Source of the DNA: Candidatus Latescibacterota bacterium
GTDB lineage: Bacteria > Latescibacterota > UBA2968 > GCA-2709665
Assembly: GCA_965248435.1 (NCBI GenBank)
Contig: OZ252100.1
Coordinates: forward strand, 3,552,001-3,616,000
Direction: 5' to 3'
DNA: 64,000 nt
Numbering within the stretch: position 1 is the stretch's first letter; the number at the start of each line of letters is the position of its first letter. Of the stretch, positions 29,504 to 39,510 are shown in pieces. The notes beneath the pieces are model-generated. The model did not search any database and was not told the DNA's origin. It worked only from the letters and a program-made list of their open reading frames with translations. The position numbers and the translations under genes are program-made.

Positions 29504-31241
29504 GTGGCGAAAAAGAATGGACGGCTGCACGCCTGTTCGATGGAAGACCTCAAGGCAAAGGGAAGTGTCGTCGTAACGGGAGGACCCGCTCCGATCGCTG
29601 TCTTCTATGACAACGGAGCTGCGCACGCCGTCGACAACCGGTGCCCCCACATGGGGTTTCCGTTCCATAAGGGCTCGGTGCAGGACGGGATCCTCACCTG
29701 CCACTGGCATCACGCCCGGTTCGATTTGAAGAGCGGGTGTACATTCGATCTCTTTGCAGACGACGCCATCTCTTATCCCGTGGAAATCAGCGATGGAGAG
29801 ATCTACGTCCTGACTGATGGGGTCGGTCGAGATCCGGTGGAACACGGGAAGCGGCGACTGAGGGAAGGGATGGAGCAGAACCTCCGGCTCGTGATCGCGA
29901 AAGCGGTCGTTGGCCTGCTCTGCGCGGATGTCGACGCGGATGAGATCGCACGCATTGGCGGCCTCTACGGCGTTCGTCACCGCCGGAGCGGATGGGCCTC
30001 GGGACTCACGATCCTCTCCGCAATGGCGAATGTCTGTGACCATCTGGAAAAGGAAGAGAAGATCGCACCCCTGTATCACGGGCTCGTTCACGTCGCAGCG
30101 AATTGTGCTGGCCAGCCGCAGAGGTTCGACCTGCGTCCACTGGATTCCGAGGATGTCTCGCTGGACACCCTCAAACGCTGGTTCCGAACCTTCGTGGAGG
30201 TGCGCGACTCCGACGGCGCTGAGCGGTGCCTGCTGACCGCAATCCATCAAGGGGCCGGCGATAGAGAGCTTGCAGATTTGATGGTTTCCGCCGCGACGGA
30301 TTACTTCTACCTGGACACGGGGCACGTGGTGGACTTCATCAACAAGGCGTTCGAGCTCCTGGATCGAATCGGCTGGGAGCACGCCGCCCAGGTCCTGCCT
30401 TCCCTGGTCAGGCAGCTCAGTTCGGCCCGCAGGGGCGAAGAGCTTAACGCATGGCGGCACCCGATCGACCTGGTCCCCATTCTCCGTGCTGCGTTTGAAC
30501 AGCTTCCGGAACTGACGGAGGCAGGGGCGGGGAAGACATGGGAGCGATCCGATGAGTTTGTGCAGACGCTTCTCGGAGAGGATCCGAATGCCAGCGTAGA
30601 GGCCCTGAAGGACGCTCTTCGAGAAGGGGCCGGCCAAGTTCAGCTTGCCCGGACGGTGACTTACGCCGCGGCACTCCGCGTCGCCAGGTTTCACGTCCAG
30701 AACGAATTCTCCGACTGGCTCGTGGTGCTGCATACGTTTTCATACCTGAATGCGCTGCATCAGCTGATGAAGCGAAACGATTCGCCTGATCTGCTGCGAG
30801 GCGTTTTCCACGGCGCGATGCGTGTCTACCTGGATCGGTTCCTGAATATCCCGCCGGCACGACTCCCGTCCGAGAACGGGAAGGCTGGAGATTCCGATGC
30901 TTCGCTGGACGGGTTTCTGGACCGGCTAGATCACCAGCAGCAGACGGATGAGGCTGGGCGGCTGGTCTACCGCTACCTGAAGTCTGGGGGTGAAGCGACT
31001 TCCCTATATCGGATCCTGGCGGAGTCACTGGTGCGGGAGGACGCGGAGTTTCACAGCTTCCAGGTGCTGGAAGCAGCGATTCGCCAGTACGGGGAACTGG
31101 AAGACGAAGAGGCGCGCAGGATGGTGATGGTGGCTGCGGCGCGTTACCTGGCCGCGCGCCCCGACGCAGCGCGAAATGCTCCAGACCCTCCAGGTGGCGC
31201 TTCGCCTCCATCGGGGGGAGCCGGTCTACGAGGCCGAATAG
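29504..31241 (+). CDS. Rieske [2Fe-2S] domain fused to a large helical region; frameshift near 31155
   Basis: CPHMG..CHWH Rieske motif; alternate frame gives a protein-like end PTQREMLQTLQVALRLHRGEPVYEAE* (TAG 31239-31241). Confidence 0.8.
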
Positions 31242-31339
31242 GGCAATGTCTCGTATCATTCGGGGCGAATGACCGAGCAAACGACGGACGTCCTTAGGCA
31301 GTCTATTTTCTGTCCAATTGTTGTTTTTTAGTGATTTAG

Positions 31340-31369
31340 AGCAATATTCCACGCGCGTGGAATATTGCT
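31340..31369. repeat. Perfect 30-bp palindrome between convergent genes
   Basis: agcaatattccacgcgcgtggaatattgct equals its own reverse complement. Confidence 0.8.
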
Positions 31370-31506
31370 GTCGTTCGCAGAACCAAAACCACCCACCCGC
31401 AGCCACCGCATTCCCCAATCCGAAATCCGTGACTGAAGAAATCGTATCCCGTTCTCGGTGAATCTCTCCGAAACCCTTTATCTGTAGAGCCGTTGGGTTC
31501 CAGCGA

Positions 31507-33630
31507 CTACCACATCACCCTGAAGTGCGTCGCCGATGTATCCACCTGACCGGTCTTGAGGTCGGTCACCACGACCCGGAATTCCCGGTAGCCCGGCATC
31601 GAGCCGTCCATGTCCAGAGTCAGATAGTTCGGCTCCCAGTCTCTCGTCCCCTCACGCGAATATGAGACAGTTGTCGTCCAGTCGGGGTCGGGGTTTTCCA
31701 CACCCTCCTCGAGGGCGCGGACCTGGTATTCGGTCTGGTAGTGCGTCGACCCGAACTCGTCGCGGGCAAGATTGTAGACCTCGAAGTAGAAAGAGGCCTG
31801 TCCAAAGCGCTCGCAGCGCCCGATCGGGTTGGGCAGCACCATGAACGCCTCGCGGCCGAACGGTCTGTCGTTTCGTTCCACGACCTTTCTGGCCAGGAGC
31901 AGACTGCTTACCTGGAGCGAGTCCCGGCCAAAGCGACGCACGGGTAAATCGTATCGGAAGGTACCGATGGTCTTCGTCTCCGCATCCTCCACCTCCGCGG
32001 CGAAATGGTACTCCCCAGGTTCGACCATCAACCGCTCACTCGCGAAGAGATAGCCCTCCCTCGTCGCGTCGTAGACGACCCACGGCATCTTTTCCAGCCG
32101 GCCGACCTCTTTCCTTACCGTGTCCCAGGCCGTGTCGAACAGGAAGAGACCCTGCTTCAGGTCCACGGAATGCACGCCCGTTGCAGCGGATTCGTGTTTG
32201 ACCTCCTCACCCGGGAGGGCGTAGTAGACTTCGACGCGTGACTTGCCGTTCGACCCACGAAACTGGGCGATCTGGAAAGGGGCATCGTATCGCTCCCAGC
32301 CGTAAGGATCCTTGTAATATTCGGATACCCTTGCGACTAGACTGCTATAGCCGAGGGGATAGCCGCCCATCCAGGCAAGCCCGAACCTCCAGTGGTCGCG
32401 CGTGTCGGTATTCAAGAAGATGAGGCTGAATCCGGGATATTCCCACTGCTCTGCCCTCGGTTTATGCTGAACCGGGGCTGTGGATACCCTGGCGACCTGG
32501 TAGAGGTAGTTCTGGTACCAGCTCGGTTTGTCCAGATGGGTGTCGATCTCCGCGGGCGTCACCCGCCTCGACACGGGACGCCCGTAGCGAATGTAGGCCT
32601 CTCCTTTGGCAGTCGTCCAGCCTGGAATTCCCCTGACGGGTTCTCCGAATCGGAGATTGGCATAGGCCACCCGGCCGCAGTGCTCCATCAACCGCTCGTT
32701 TACCGGTGTCAGGTAGAGTGGATCCCGTTCGGTCCAGAATCGCCTCAACGCCTCCTCGGTCGCCGGAGTTTCCTCTTCTTTGATTGCCTTTCGGTCCGCC
32801 ATAAGAAAGACCGATTTCATGAACAGCTGTTCTTCCTCGGTCATCCGAGCCAGACCGGAAACGTAGGCTCGGTATGCGGTTTTCAGGTCTTCCTTGGCCT
32901 GATATCCCAACCCGACGGCGAAGAAGGCTTCCGAACTCTCGGATTCATCATTCAGCTGGTCTCGGAAGAGGTCGATGAGTTCATCGGGCATCCCGGACTC
33001 GTAGTAGACCAGCCCGAGCAGGATGCGAGCGGGACGATGCTCCGGGTCCGCGGAAAGGGCTCGACTCAAGTAGTCCTCTGCCTCCTTCCGTTCGGGCTCT
33101 GCGAACCTCTCCAGGCTGTAGGTCTTCTCCGTCACTCCATAGTCGTCGTAGTTGTAGTCGACCCATTCCGCATCCAGATATCGTGTCATCTGCCAGGCCG
33201 CGTACCGCCCGGCCAGGTAGAGGGCCCCGGCGTGGTTGGGATCTTTCTCTATCGCCCGCTTGGCGTACTTTCGGGCGGTTCCGCGCCTTCCGATCGTCCA
33301 GAGCAGATCGGCATAGGTGTGAATGTAGTCCGCATTATCCCGCTCTTTTCTTATGGCCCTCTGCACCCAGAGCGACGCATCGTATCGCGAGGAGACCGTC
33401 CCTTTGGCGATATAAATCTTCGCGAGCGTGTGCATGGCCTTGCCGGTCTTGTCGCGACGCAGTGCGCGCTTCACGATGCTGACGCGCTTCTTGTACTCCA
33501 GTGTCGTGTCTGATGCCACGGCCAGGAGCGAATCCACGAATGGCGCGGACTTGTCGGCTTCCACCGGTGCTGCGATGCCGACTGAAGTCAAGAGACAGAT
33601 TGCGAAGGCATATGGCATGAATCTTAGCAC
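31507..33630 (-). CDS. Secreted TPR + GWxTD-domain protein
   Basis: Signal-like N-terminus (AGGAG before GTG 33630; ATG 33618 alternative); TPR helices; FWTERDP..TPVNE..EH.GRVAYANLRF..GWTTAKGEAYIRYG.P. Confidence 0.85.
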   Translation of the reverse strand: MLRFMPYAFAICLLTSVGIAAPVEADKSAPFVDSLLAVASDTTLEYKKRVSIVKRALRRDKTGKAMHTLAKIYIAKGTVSSRYDASLWVQRAIRKERDNADYIHTYADLLWTIGRRGTARKYAKRAIEKDPNHAGALYLAGRYAAWQMTRYLDAEWVDYNYDDYGVTEKTYSLERFAEPERKEAEDYLSRALSADPEHRPARILLGLVYYESGMPDELIDLFRDQLNDESESSEAFFAVGLGYQAKEDLKTAYRAYVSGLARMTEEEQLFMKSVFLMADRKAIKEEETPATEEALRRFWTERDPLYLTPVNERLMEHCGRVAYANLRFGEPVRGIPGWTTAKGEAYIRYGRPVSRRVTPAEIDTHLDKPSWYQNYLYQVARVSTAPVQHKPRAEQWEYPGFSLIFLNTDTRDHWRFGLAWMGGYPLGYSSLVARVSEYYKDPYGWERYDAPFQIAQFRGSNGKSRVEVYYALPGEEVKHESAATGVHSVDLKQGLFLFDTAWDTVRKEVGRLEKMPWVVYDATREGYLFASERLMVEPGEYHFAAEVEDAETKTIGTFRYDLPVRRFGRDSLQVSSLLLARKVVERNDRPFGREAFMVLPNPIGRCERFGQASFYFEVYNLARDEFGSTHYQTEYQVRALEEGVENPDPDWTTTVSYSREGTRDWEPNYLTLDMDGSMPGYREFRVVVTDLKTGQVDTSATHFRVMW

Positions 33631-33932
33631 TTTGAGAGACTCCTGGTGCAGCGCACAAAGCGAAAAGTGTGATGGAGATGGGCCGAGAAGGATACCCGAT
33701 CTCATACATCGAGTCAAGCCGCTTCCGCCGGGAAACAGTCTACGAATGGATGGTGCCCTTGTTGGTTTGTGCTTGCAGGAGGTGGATCGTTTGGTATTAT
33801 CTTCACACCTGGTTACTTGTCCCTTTGAACTCTATAATGCCGTCTCCCTTTGGAACGCTTCTGGCCTTCAGTTGGTGTCAGAATTCTCCAGGACGGTTTG
33901 CCAGCCAACCTTTGGACAGAAAGGCCAACAAG

Positions 33933-34688
33933 ATGAGTCTCTATGCTGACGTCGCGACGCGTCTGGAATCCTCACTGAAGCTCGCGCTTCCACCGATTTC
34001 AGTATGTATCACAAACGAGGTGCCAGAGGGCATCCCGCGCTTCTCTGGAAAGGCCCCGGCAGGGTGCCTGTTCTGGCAGGAGGCGGCAAAAGGCCCTTTC
34101 TTCACCTCGACGGAGGACCACGAGCTGTGCGCCATCGGAGTACATACCCACCACATGGCGGATCCCTCTCCGTCATACGCGTCCGAGCTGGGTCAGGTCC
34201 TACAGGTGATGGCCGAACTGGATTACGTACGTGAAGAGGATGTGGCGCAGATCCCCGTCGTGACAGAAGCGTCAAAACACGTTTTGTACTCGCCTCTGGC
34301 CGACACGCCGCTTCCGCCCGATGTGGTCCTGCTGTTTGCCCACTCCAGACAGGGGCTGGTGATCACCGAGGCGGTCCAGCAGGTCCAGTCCGACATTCCC
34401 CCGGCCATGGGGCGACCGGCCTGCGCCGTGATCCCTCAGGCGATCAACTCTGGCAGAGCTGCCCTGAGCCTCGGCTGCTGCGGCGCGCGTGCCTATCTCG
34501 ATGCCCTCTCTGACGATACCGCGTTGTGGGCGATTCCGGGAAATCAGATCGAGGTCTACGCCAAGAGGATAGAGGCGCTGGCGAGCGCCAACGAAACGCT
34601 GAGCGAGTTTCACCAGCTGCGCCGGAAAGATGTGGAGTCGGGCCTTACGCCGACGATCGAGGAATCCCTGTCGCGACTCGCCGGATGA
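33933..34688 (+). CDS. DUF169-like Cys-rich protein
   Basis: AGCLFWQ, HELCAIG, PDVVL, GRPACA, SLGCCGAR. Confidence 0.75.
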   Translation: MSLYADVATRLESSLKLALPPISVCITNEVPEGIPRFSGKAPAGCLFWQEAAKGPFFTSTEDHELCAIGVHTHHMADPSPSYASELGQVLQVMAELDYVREEDVAQIPVVTEASKHVLYSPLADTPLPPDVVLLFAHSRQGLVITEAVQQVQSDIPPAMGRPACAVIPQAINSGRAALSLGCCGARAYLDALSDDTALWAIPGNQIEVYAKRIEALASANETLSEFHQLRRKDVESGLTPTIEESLSRLAG

Positions 34689-34699
34689 GAGGGTATCTG

Positions 34700-35371
34700 A
34701 TGCGCTACTTGATTCTGAGCCTCTTTCTGGTCCTGTTCTGTCGCCCCGCCTCCCTGCGAGGCGGGCAGAAGGGTGAGCATCAGGATGCGGAGCGCTGGGA
34801 TCGACGGTATGACACGGAGAAGTACGTCTACGGAAGGGACCCGGTCCAATTCCTTAAGGAGCAGATCGCAAATTTAGGGAAGGGGAAGGCGCTCTGTCTT
34901 GCGGCGGGGGAGGGGCGCAACGCGGTCTATCTTGCGGAGCAGGGGTTTGAAGTGGTCGCCGTGGACATCTCGACCAAGGGATTACGAAAATGCCAGGCGC
35001 TCGCCAAGGCACGTGGTGTCGAGGTTAGAACGGTCGTCGCGGATCTTGAGACCTACGAATTTGAGCACGGCGTGTATGATCTGATCACCGATTTCTACTA
35101 TTACCAGCCCGATCTGTTTGGCGATGTAATCAAGGCCTTGAAGCCAGGCGGCAAGTTCATCCTGGAGACCTTCACGGTCGATCATCCCCAGATCGCTGAC
35201 TATGGTCCGCGTAACCCGAACTACCTCGTCAAACCCAACGAACTCCTATCCTACTTCTCTAATCACCGGATTCGATATTACGAAGATACGATCATCGATC
35301 GAGATGAAGGAATGCATCGTGGGAAGCGGGCGGTGGTGCGGCTCGTTGTCGAAAAGGCTGCGAAGAAGTGA
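34700..35371 (+). CDS. Class I SAM-dependent methyltransferase (TehB-like) with hydrophobic N-terminus
   Basis: WDRRY..YVYG..P, LCLAAGEGRNA, AVDIS, LKPGG. Confidence 0.85.
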   Translation: MRYLILSLFLVLFCRPASLRGGQKGEHQDAERWDRRYDTEKYVYGRDPVQFLKEQIANLGKGKALCLAAGEGRNAVYLAEQGFEVVAVDISTKGLRKCQALAKARGVEVRTVVADLETYEFEHGVYDLITDFYYYQPDLFGDVIKALKPGGKFILETFTVDHPQIADYGPRNPNYLVKPNELLSYFSNHRIRYYEDTIIDRDEGMHRGKRAVVRLVVEKAAKK

Positions 35372-36195
35372 ACGACTTCCTGACTTTTTTCTGGGATATC
35401 CACCCGGAGCTGGTCAGAATAGGTCCGTTCGCCATCCGTTGGTACGGACTGTTCTTCGGTCTGGCCTTCTTCGTGGGTTTCTACATTATCCGGTCGATCT
35501 TCAGGCAGGAACAGAAACCGGAACGGGACCTGGACCGGCTGGTGACGTATACGATCGCCGGCGCCGTGATCGGCGCCCGGCTCGGTCACTGTCTGTTTTA
35601 CGACCCGGGCTATTATCTGAGTCATCCGCTCGAGATCCTCATGGTGTGGCGCGGCGGGCTGGCCAGTCACGGCGGCGCCGCGGGCATCTTTTTCGCGTTG
35701 TACCTCTACGCGCGAAGCAGGCCGGACCAGCCCTATCTCTGGCTGTTGGACCGTGTTGCCATCCCCACTGCGCTGGGCGGGTGTTTCATCCGCATCGGCA
35801 ACTTCTTCAATTCCGAGATCATCGGCACACCAACAGACCTCCCCTGGGGGATCGAGTTCGGGCGGGTGGATTCGTTCGTCAGACATCCCGCACAGCTTTA
35901 CGAATCGATCGGCTACGGGCTGATCTTTGTGCTGCTGTTCTTGATCTATCGCAAACAGTTTCAAGACGCGCCACGCGGTTTGTTCCTGGGGACATTTCTG
36001 GTCGCCGTGTTTGCCTTCCGGTTTTTCATCGAGTTCGTGAAGATGCGTCAGGCGGCCTACGGCCACGGTATGCCGCTGAGCGTGGGGCAGTTGTTGAGCA
36101 TTCCCATGGTTGGATTGGGTTTGTTGTTGCTGTTTCGCGCATGGAGAGCTGCATCAGGCAGACCGCGGACGACAGACCACAGACCACAGCCGTGA
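35368..36195 (+). CDS. lgt: Prolipoprotein diacylglyceryl transferase
   Basis: IRWYG, GARLGH, GGLASHGG, RIGNFFNSE, RHPAQLYE, RFFIEF. Confidence 0.95.
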   Translation: MNDFLTFFWDIHPELVRIGPFAIRWYGLFFGLAFFVGFYIIRSIFRQEQKPERDLDRLVTYTIAGAVIGARLGHCLFYDPGYYLSHPLEILMVWRGGLASHGGAAGIFFALYLYARSRPDQPYLWLLDRVAIPTALGGCFIRIGNFFNSEIIGTPTDLPWGIEFGRVDSFVRHPAQLYESIGYGLIFVLLFLIYRKQFQDAPRGLFLGTFLVAVFAFRFFIEFVKMRQAAYGHGMPLSVGQLLSIPMVGLGLLLLFRAWRAASGRPRTTDHRPQP

Positions 36196-36236
36196 TGCAG
36201 AAGATGCTAACTATGATTGCAGACAGACAGTAGCGA

Positions 36237-36590
36237 TCAAACCGTGGCCAGCATGGGCCCGAGCGGACGTCCGCCCAGCAGGTGCATGTGCAGGTGATAC
36301 ACTTCCTGGCCTCCGTGTTTTCCACAGTTCACCAGGAGCCGATAGCCCTCCTCGCCTACTCCTTCTTCTTTCGCCAACCTGGCCGCGACCGTAAACAACC
36401 TTCCCAGGGCCTGCTCGTCTTCCCCCGTGACGTCGTTTACCGTTGGGATCAGCTTGTTCGGTATGATCAGAATGTGTGTCGGGGCCTTGGGCTGAATGTC
36501 CCGGAACGCGGTTACCAGATCGTCCTGGTAGACGATGTCTGAATCGATCTCCTTTCGGATGATCTTGCTGAAGATGGTCTCTTCCGGCAT
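36237..36590 (-). CDS. hinT: HIT family purine nucleoside phosphoramidase
   Basis: [36 protein letters not shown]; GGAGG RBS. Confidence 0.92.
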   Translation of the reverse strand: MPEETIFSKIIRKEIDSDIVYQDDLVTAFRDIQPKAPTHILIIPNKLIPTVNDVTGEDEQALGRLFTVAARLAKEEGVGEEGYRLLVNCGKHGGQEVYHLHMHLLGGRPLGPMLATV

Positions 36591-36641
36591 GGGGCCTCCC
36601 TGTGATCTTGAGGGATGGGACAAGTGCGAATTTCACGACAG

Positions 36642-36677
36642 AATAATAAAAGGACCTGGACCCAATCCAGATCCAGG
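36642..36677 (-). terminator. Possible intrinsic terminator downstream of the deaminase
   Basis: Minus strand cctggatct-ggatt-gggtccagg followed by tccttttattatt. Confidence 0.4.
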
Positions 36678-36710
36678 CTCGTTCACGCCGAAATATGTAC
36701 AGAAGCGATT

Positions 36711-37184
36711 CTATTCGTCCTCCGTCTGAGACAGCTGTTCCATCTCGAGTCCGGACTCTTTCAGGAGCTGCGCGTAGACCTCTTCCAGCTCAGGCTCGTA
36801 GTCATACGGTTCTACGTAGTAGATTTTGACCATGCCGGCCTGGATAGATTCTTTAAGACACCAGAAGCAGGGCCTCGTCGTGGAGTAGATCACGGCGCCC
36901 TCTGTGCGGGCGCCGTGCCGCGCCGCAAAGGCGAAGGCGTTCTGTTCTGCGTGCGCGCAGAGGCAGGTGTCCACGCCGTGTCCCGATGGAATGTCGGATG
37001 CGCAACGGGGGCAGCCTCCTTCGAAGCAGTTTTTGACTCCGATGGGTGTACCGTTGTAGCCGGTGCTGATGATGTTCCTGTCCCTGACGATGACGGCACC
37101 GATCTGACGGCGGATGCAGTTGGATCGCTCGGCCGCCTTGTAGGCGATGTTCATGAAGTAGCGGTTCCACGAAGGTCTTTTCAT
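36711..37184 (-). CDS. dCMP deaminase family protein
   Basis: RSNC.RRQIGA, TGYNG, HAEQNA, PCFWC. Confidence 0.92.
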   Translation of the reverse strand: MKRPSWNRYFMNIAYKAAERSNCIRRQIGAVIVRDRNIISTGYNGTPIGVKNCFEGGCPRCASDIPSGHGVDTCLCAHAEQNAFAFAARHGARTEGAVIYSTTRPCFWCLKESIQAGMVKIYYVEPYDYEPELEEVYAQLLKESGLEMEQLSQTEDE

Positions 37185-37380
37185 TGGAGCTCCATCTTGG
37201 TAGAGGCAAACGTAGTCACGGGAATGAATATAAACTCAGTCAAGGAAGCAGGCAAGGGCGTCTCGGGGACAAAACTCACTCGCTCAGTTTTCGTCTTGTC
37301 TCTCGAAGTTTGTGAAGTATATTTTCCGAGTGGTTGTGCCTGATTTAAGAGCAAATCAACGGGAAGACCGAGGAAAATCA

Positions 37381-39219
37381 ATGGAACCCACGAAGACCGC
37401 TTTCGGAATCTGGAGCGGCGGTCGATTTATGCACTTCGGCACGGACATTGGGGCGGAACGCCTTTCGGCCCTAGTGCGGAGGGCATACGAGGCCGGTATC
37501 CGTACCTTTATGACCGCGGATGTCTACGGCGAGGGCGAGGCAGATCGGCTGCTGGGGGACGCGCTGTCTGAGTTCGAGCCGGATTCCTACTGTCTCGTGG
37601 GCGCGGCTGGACACGATTCTTATACGGGAAAACGACAGGCCGAGCGGGGCTACCCCCGATTCACGGATCCGCAATTGAGGGGACCTGAGGAGTACCGTTC
37701 TTACCTTCGCATGGCAGCGGAGAAGCAGCTGGAGCGTCTGGGCAAGGACCGGTTCGACCTTTTCCTGCTCCACAACCCTGATGCCACCGGCTACACGCAC
37801 GAGGCGGTCTGGAAGGGGATGGCCGCCCTCAAGGAGACCGGGATCACACGGCTGCTGGGGATCGCACCGGGACCTGCGAACGGGTTCACGCTGGACCTGA
37901 TTGATGCGTTCGAACGTTACGGAGAGGTGATCGACTGGGCGATGATTATCCTGAATCCACTGGAGCCCTGGCCCGGTGGGTTGTCACTTCCGGCGGCCGA
38001 AAAATACGATGTAAAGGTGATCACGCGGGTGGTGGACTATGGGGGTCTGTTTCACGATGGCCTGAAGCCGGGGACGCAGCTTCCCAGGGGGGATCACCGA
38101 TCGTTCAGACCCCCGGGCTGGATCGAGGTCGCCCACGAGAAGCTGGACCGGTTCCGGGAGATCGCTCAGAGCCACGACATGACGCTGCTTCAGCTGGCGT
38201 CGCAATGGGCGCTGGCACAACCGGCCGTGGAAAGCGTTGTTCCGACGCTCATTCAGGAGTCCGAAGAAGATTCGAAACCGATCGAGGACCAGGTGAAGGA
38301 CCTCGCCGGCGTGTCGATGTGCCCCCCGCTCTCGGACGAGGAGGTGGAGGAGATCGGGCGGTTGGGTGACAACCGCAACTGTATGGCGCTCAAAGGGGCT
38401 TCGACCCAGTACCTGGGTCAACCCCAGGGCGACCAGTGGCCGATGACACCGGAGCTTCTGGAGATCGGGAAGCGATGGAAGATCGATCCTGACAGGGATC
38501 TGTTTTACGCTGAAGATGCGAGAGATATTCGGGAGTTCGGCGCCCCTCGGCACGGTGTCCCTCAGACGAGCCAGCGGCGGCTCTACCTGCAGCTCCAGGC
38601 GTTCGGGAATTGCCGGGAAACCGACGAACTGGTCGAGGCGTTAAAGGGGAGCGGGCTGGAGAGTGTGCTTTACAAGGATCTGAATGATCCTCGTGGTGTG
38701 GCGGTGCTCCTGATTACCGAGGACCCGGGCGTGCTGGCTTCCGAGGCCCGAGGCCTGCTCTCCGGTGAACCGTTTGGTTCTTTGCAGCACAAGCCGGACC
38801 TGACGATGGTAGGGAGGACATATTCCGGCGGACACGAACAGGTCCTGGAAGACTGGCTGCTCGTCAAGCCGAGGCGCAACGCGCTGAATCGCGAGTGGCC
38901 CTGGGCCGTCTGGTACCCGTTGCGGCGAAAACCCGAGTTCGGCCGGCTGCCGAGAGCAGATCAGGGGCGGATCCTGGGTGAGCACGCCAGGATCGGTAGG
39001 ACGTATGGCCAGGCGGGGTATGCCAATGACATTCGTCTGGCGTGTCACGGGCTGGACCGAGATGACAACGAGTTCGTGATCGGTCTTGTAGGACCGGAAT
39101 TGTATCCCCTTTCGCGCATCGTTCAGGAGATGCGGAAGTCGGAGCAGACTGCCAAGTACATCCAGTCACTCGGGCCGTTCTTCGTGGGTCAGGCGGTCTG
39201 GCAGAGCCCGTTCAAGTAA
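37381..39219 (+). CDS. Aldo/keto reductase fused to a chlorite dismutase/coproheme decarboxylase-like domain
   Basis: N-part: TADVYG, LERLG.D.FDLFLLHNPD, LLQLA.QW.L; C-part: WYPLRR..F..L...Q..IL.EH..IG..Y..DIRLACHGLD..DNEFVIG..GPFFVG; single uninterrupted frame. Confidence 0.85.
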   Translation: MEPTKTAFGIWSGGRFMHFGTDIGAERLSALVRRAYEAGIRTFMTADVYGEGEADRLLGDALSEFEPDSYCLVGAAGHDSYTGKRQAERGYPRFTDPQLRGPEEYRSYLRMAAEKQLERLGKDRFDLFLLHNPDATGYTHEAVWKGMAALKETGITRLLGIAPGPANGFTLDLIDAFERYGEVIDWAMIILNPLEPWPGGLSLPAAEKYDVKVITRVVDYGGLFHDGLKPGTQLPRGDHRSFRPPGWIEVAHEKLDRFREIAQSHDMTLLQLASQWALAQPAVESVVPTLIQESEEDSKPIEDQVKDLAGVSMCPPLSDEEVEEIGRLGDNRNCMALKGASTQYLGQPQGDQWPMTPELLEIGKRWKIDPDRDLFYAEDARDIREFGAPRHGVPQTSQRRLYLQLQAFGNCRETDELVEALKGSGLESVLYKDLNDPRGVAVLLITEDPGVLASEARGLLSGEPFGSLQHKPDLTMVGRTYSGGHEQVLEDWLLVKPRRNALNREWPWAVWYPLRRKPEFGRLPRADQGRILGEHARIGRTYGQAGYANDIRLACHGLDRDDNEFVIGLVGPELYPLSRIVQEMRKSEQTAKYIQSLGPFFVGQAVWQSPFK

Positions 39220-39510
39220 CGAATAGCAGTAGAAGTTCAACAGCCGGGATTGGCGAAAATCGGTGACGGGAGAAACCGATTCGCTGATCCCTTTTTTTAT
39301 CACGGAAGACACGGAAAGATTCGAGTGAAGCAAAGAGACTCGAACTGGCGCTGGATCAGGAAGACTGGTGAGATGACAAAACGAATACTTTACACGCCGC
39401 GTCTGGCTGGCGGTCGCGTTCAGCAGAAGTGTGGCGGGAAGGCGTTTGACCTTCAAATTTGTCGAGTAGATGGTTTCGTCAGAGTCATTGCAATCAGCCG
39501 ACAGATGCAA

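Noticed and set aside
31340-31369. parS site
   Set aside because: The half-sites are 4 bp further apart than in the 16-bp parS consensus, and no parAB is nearby.
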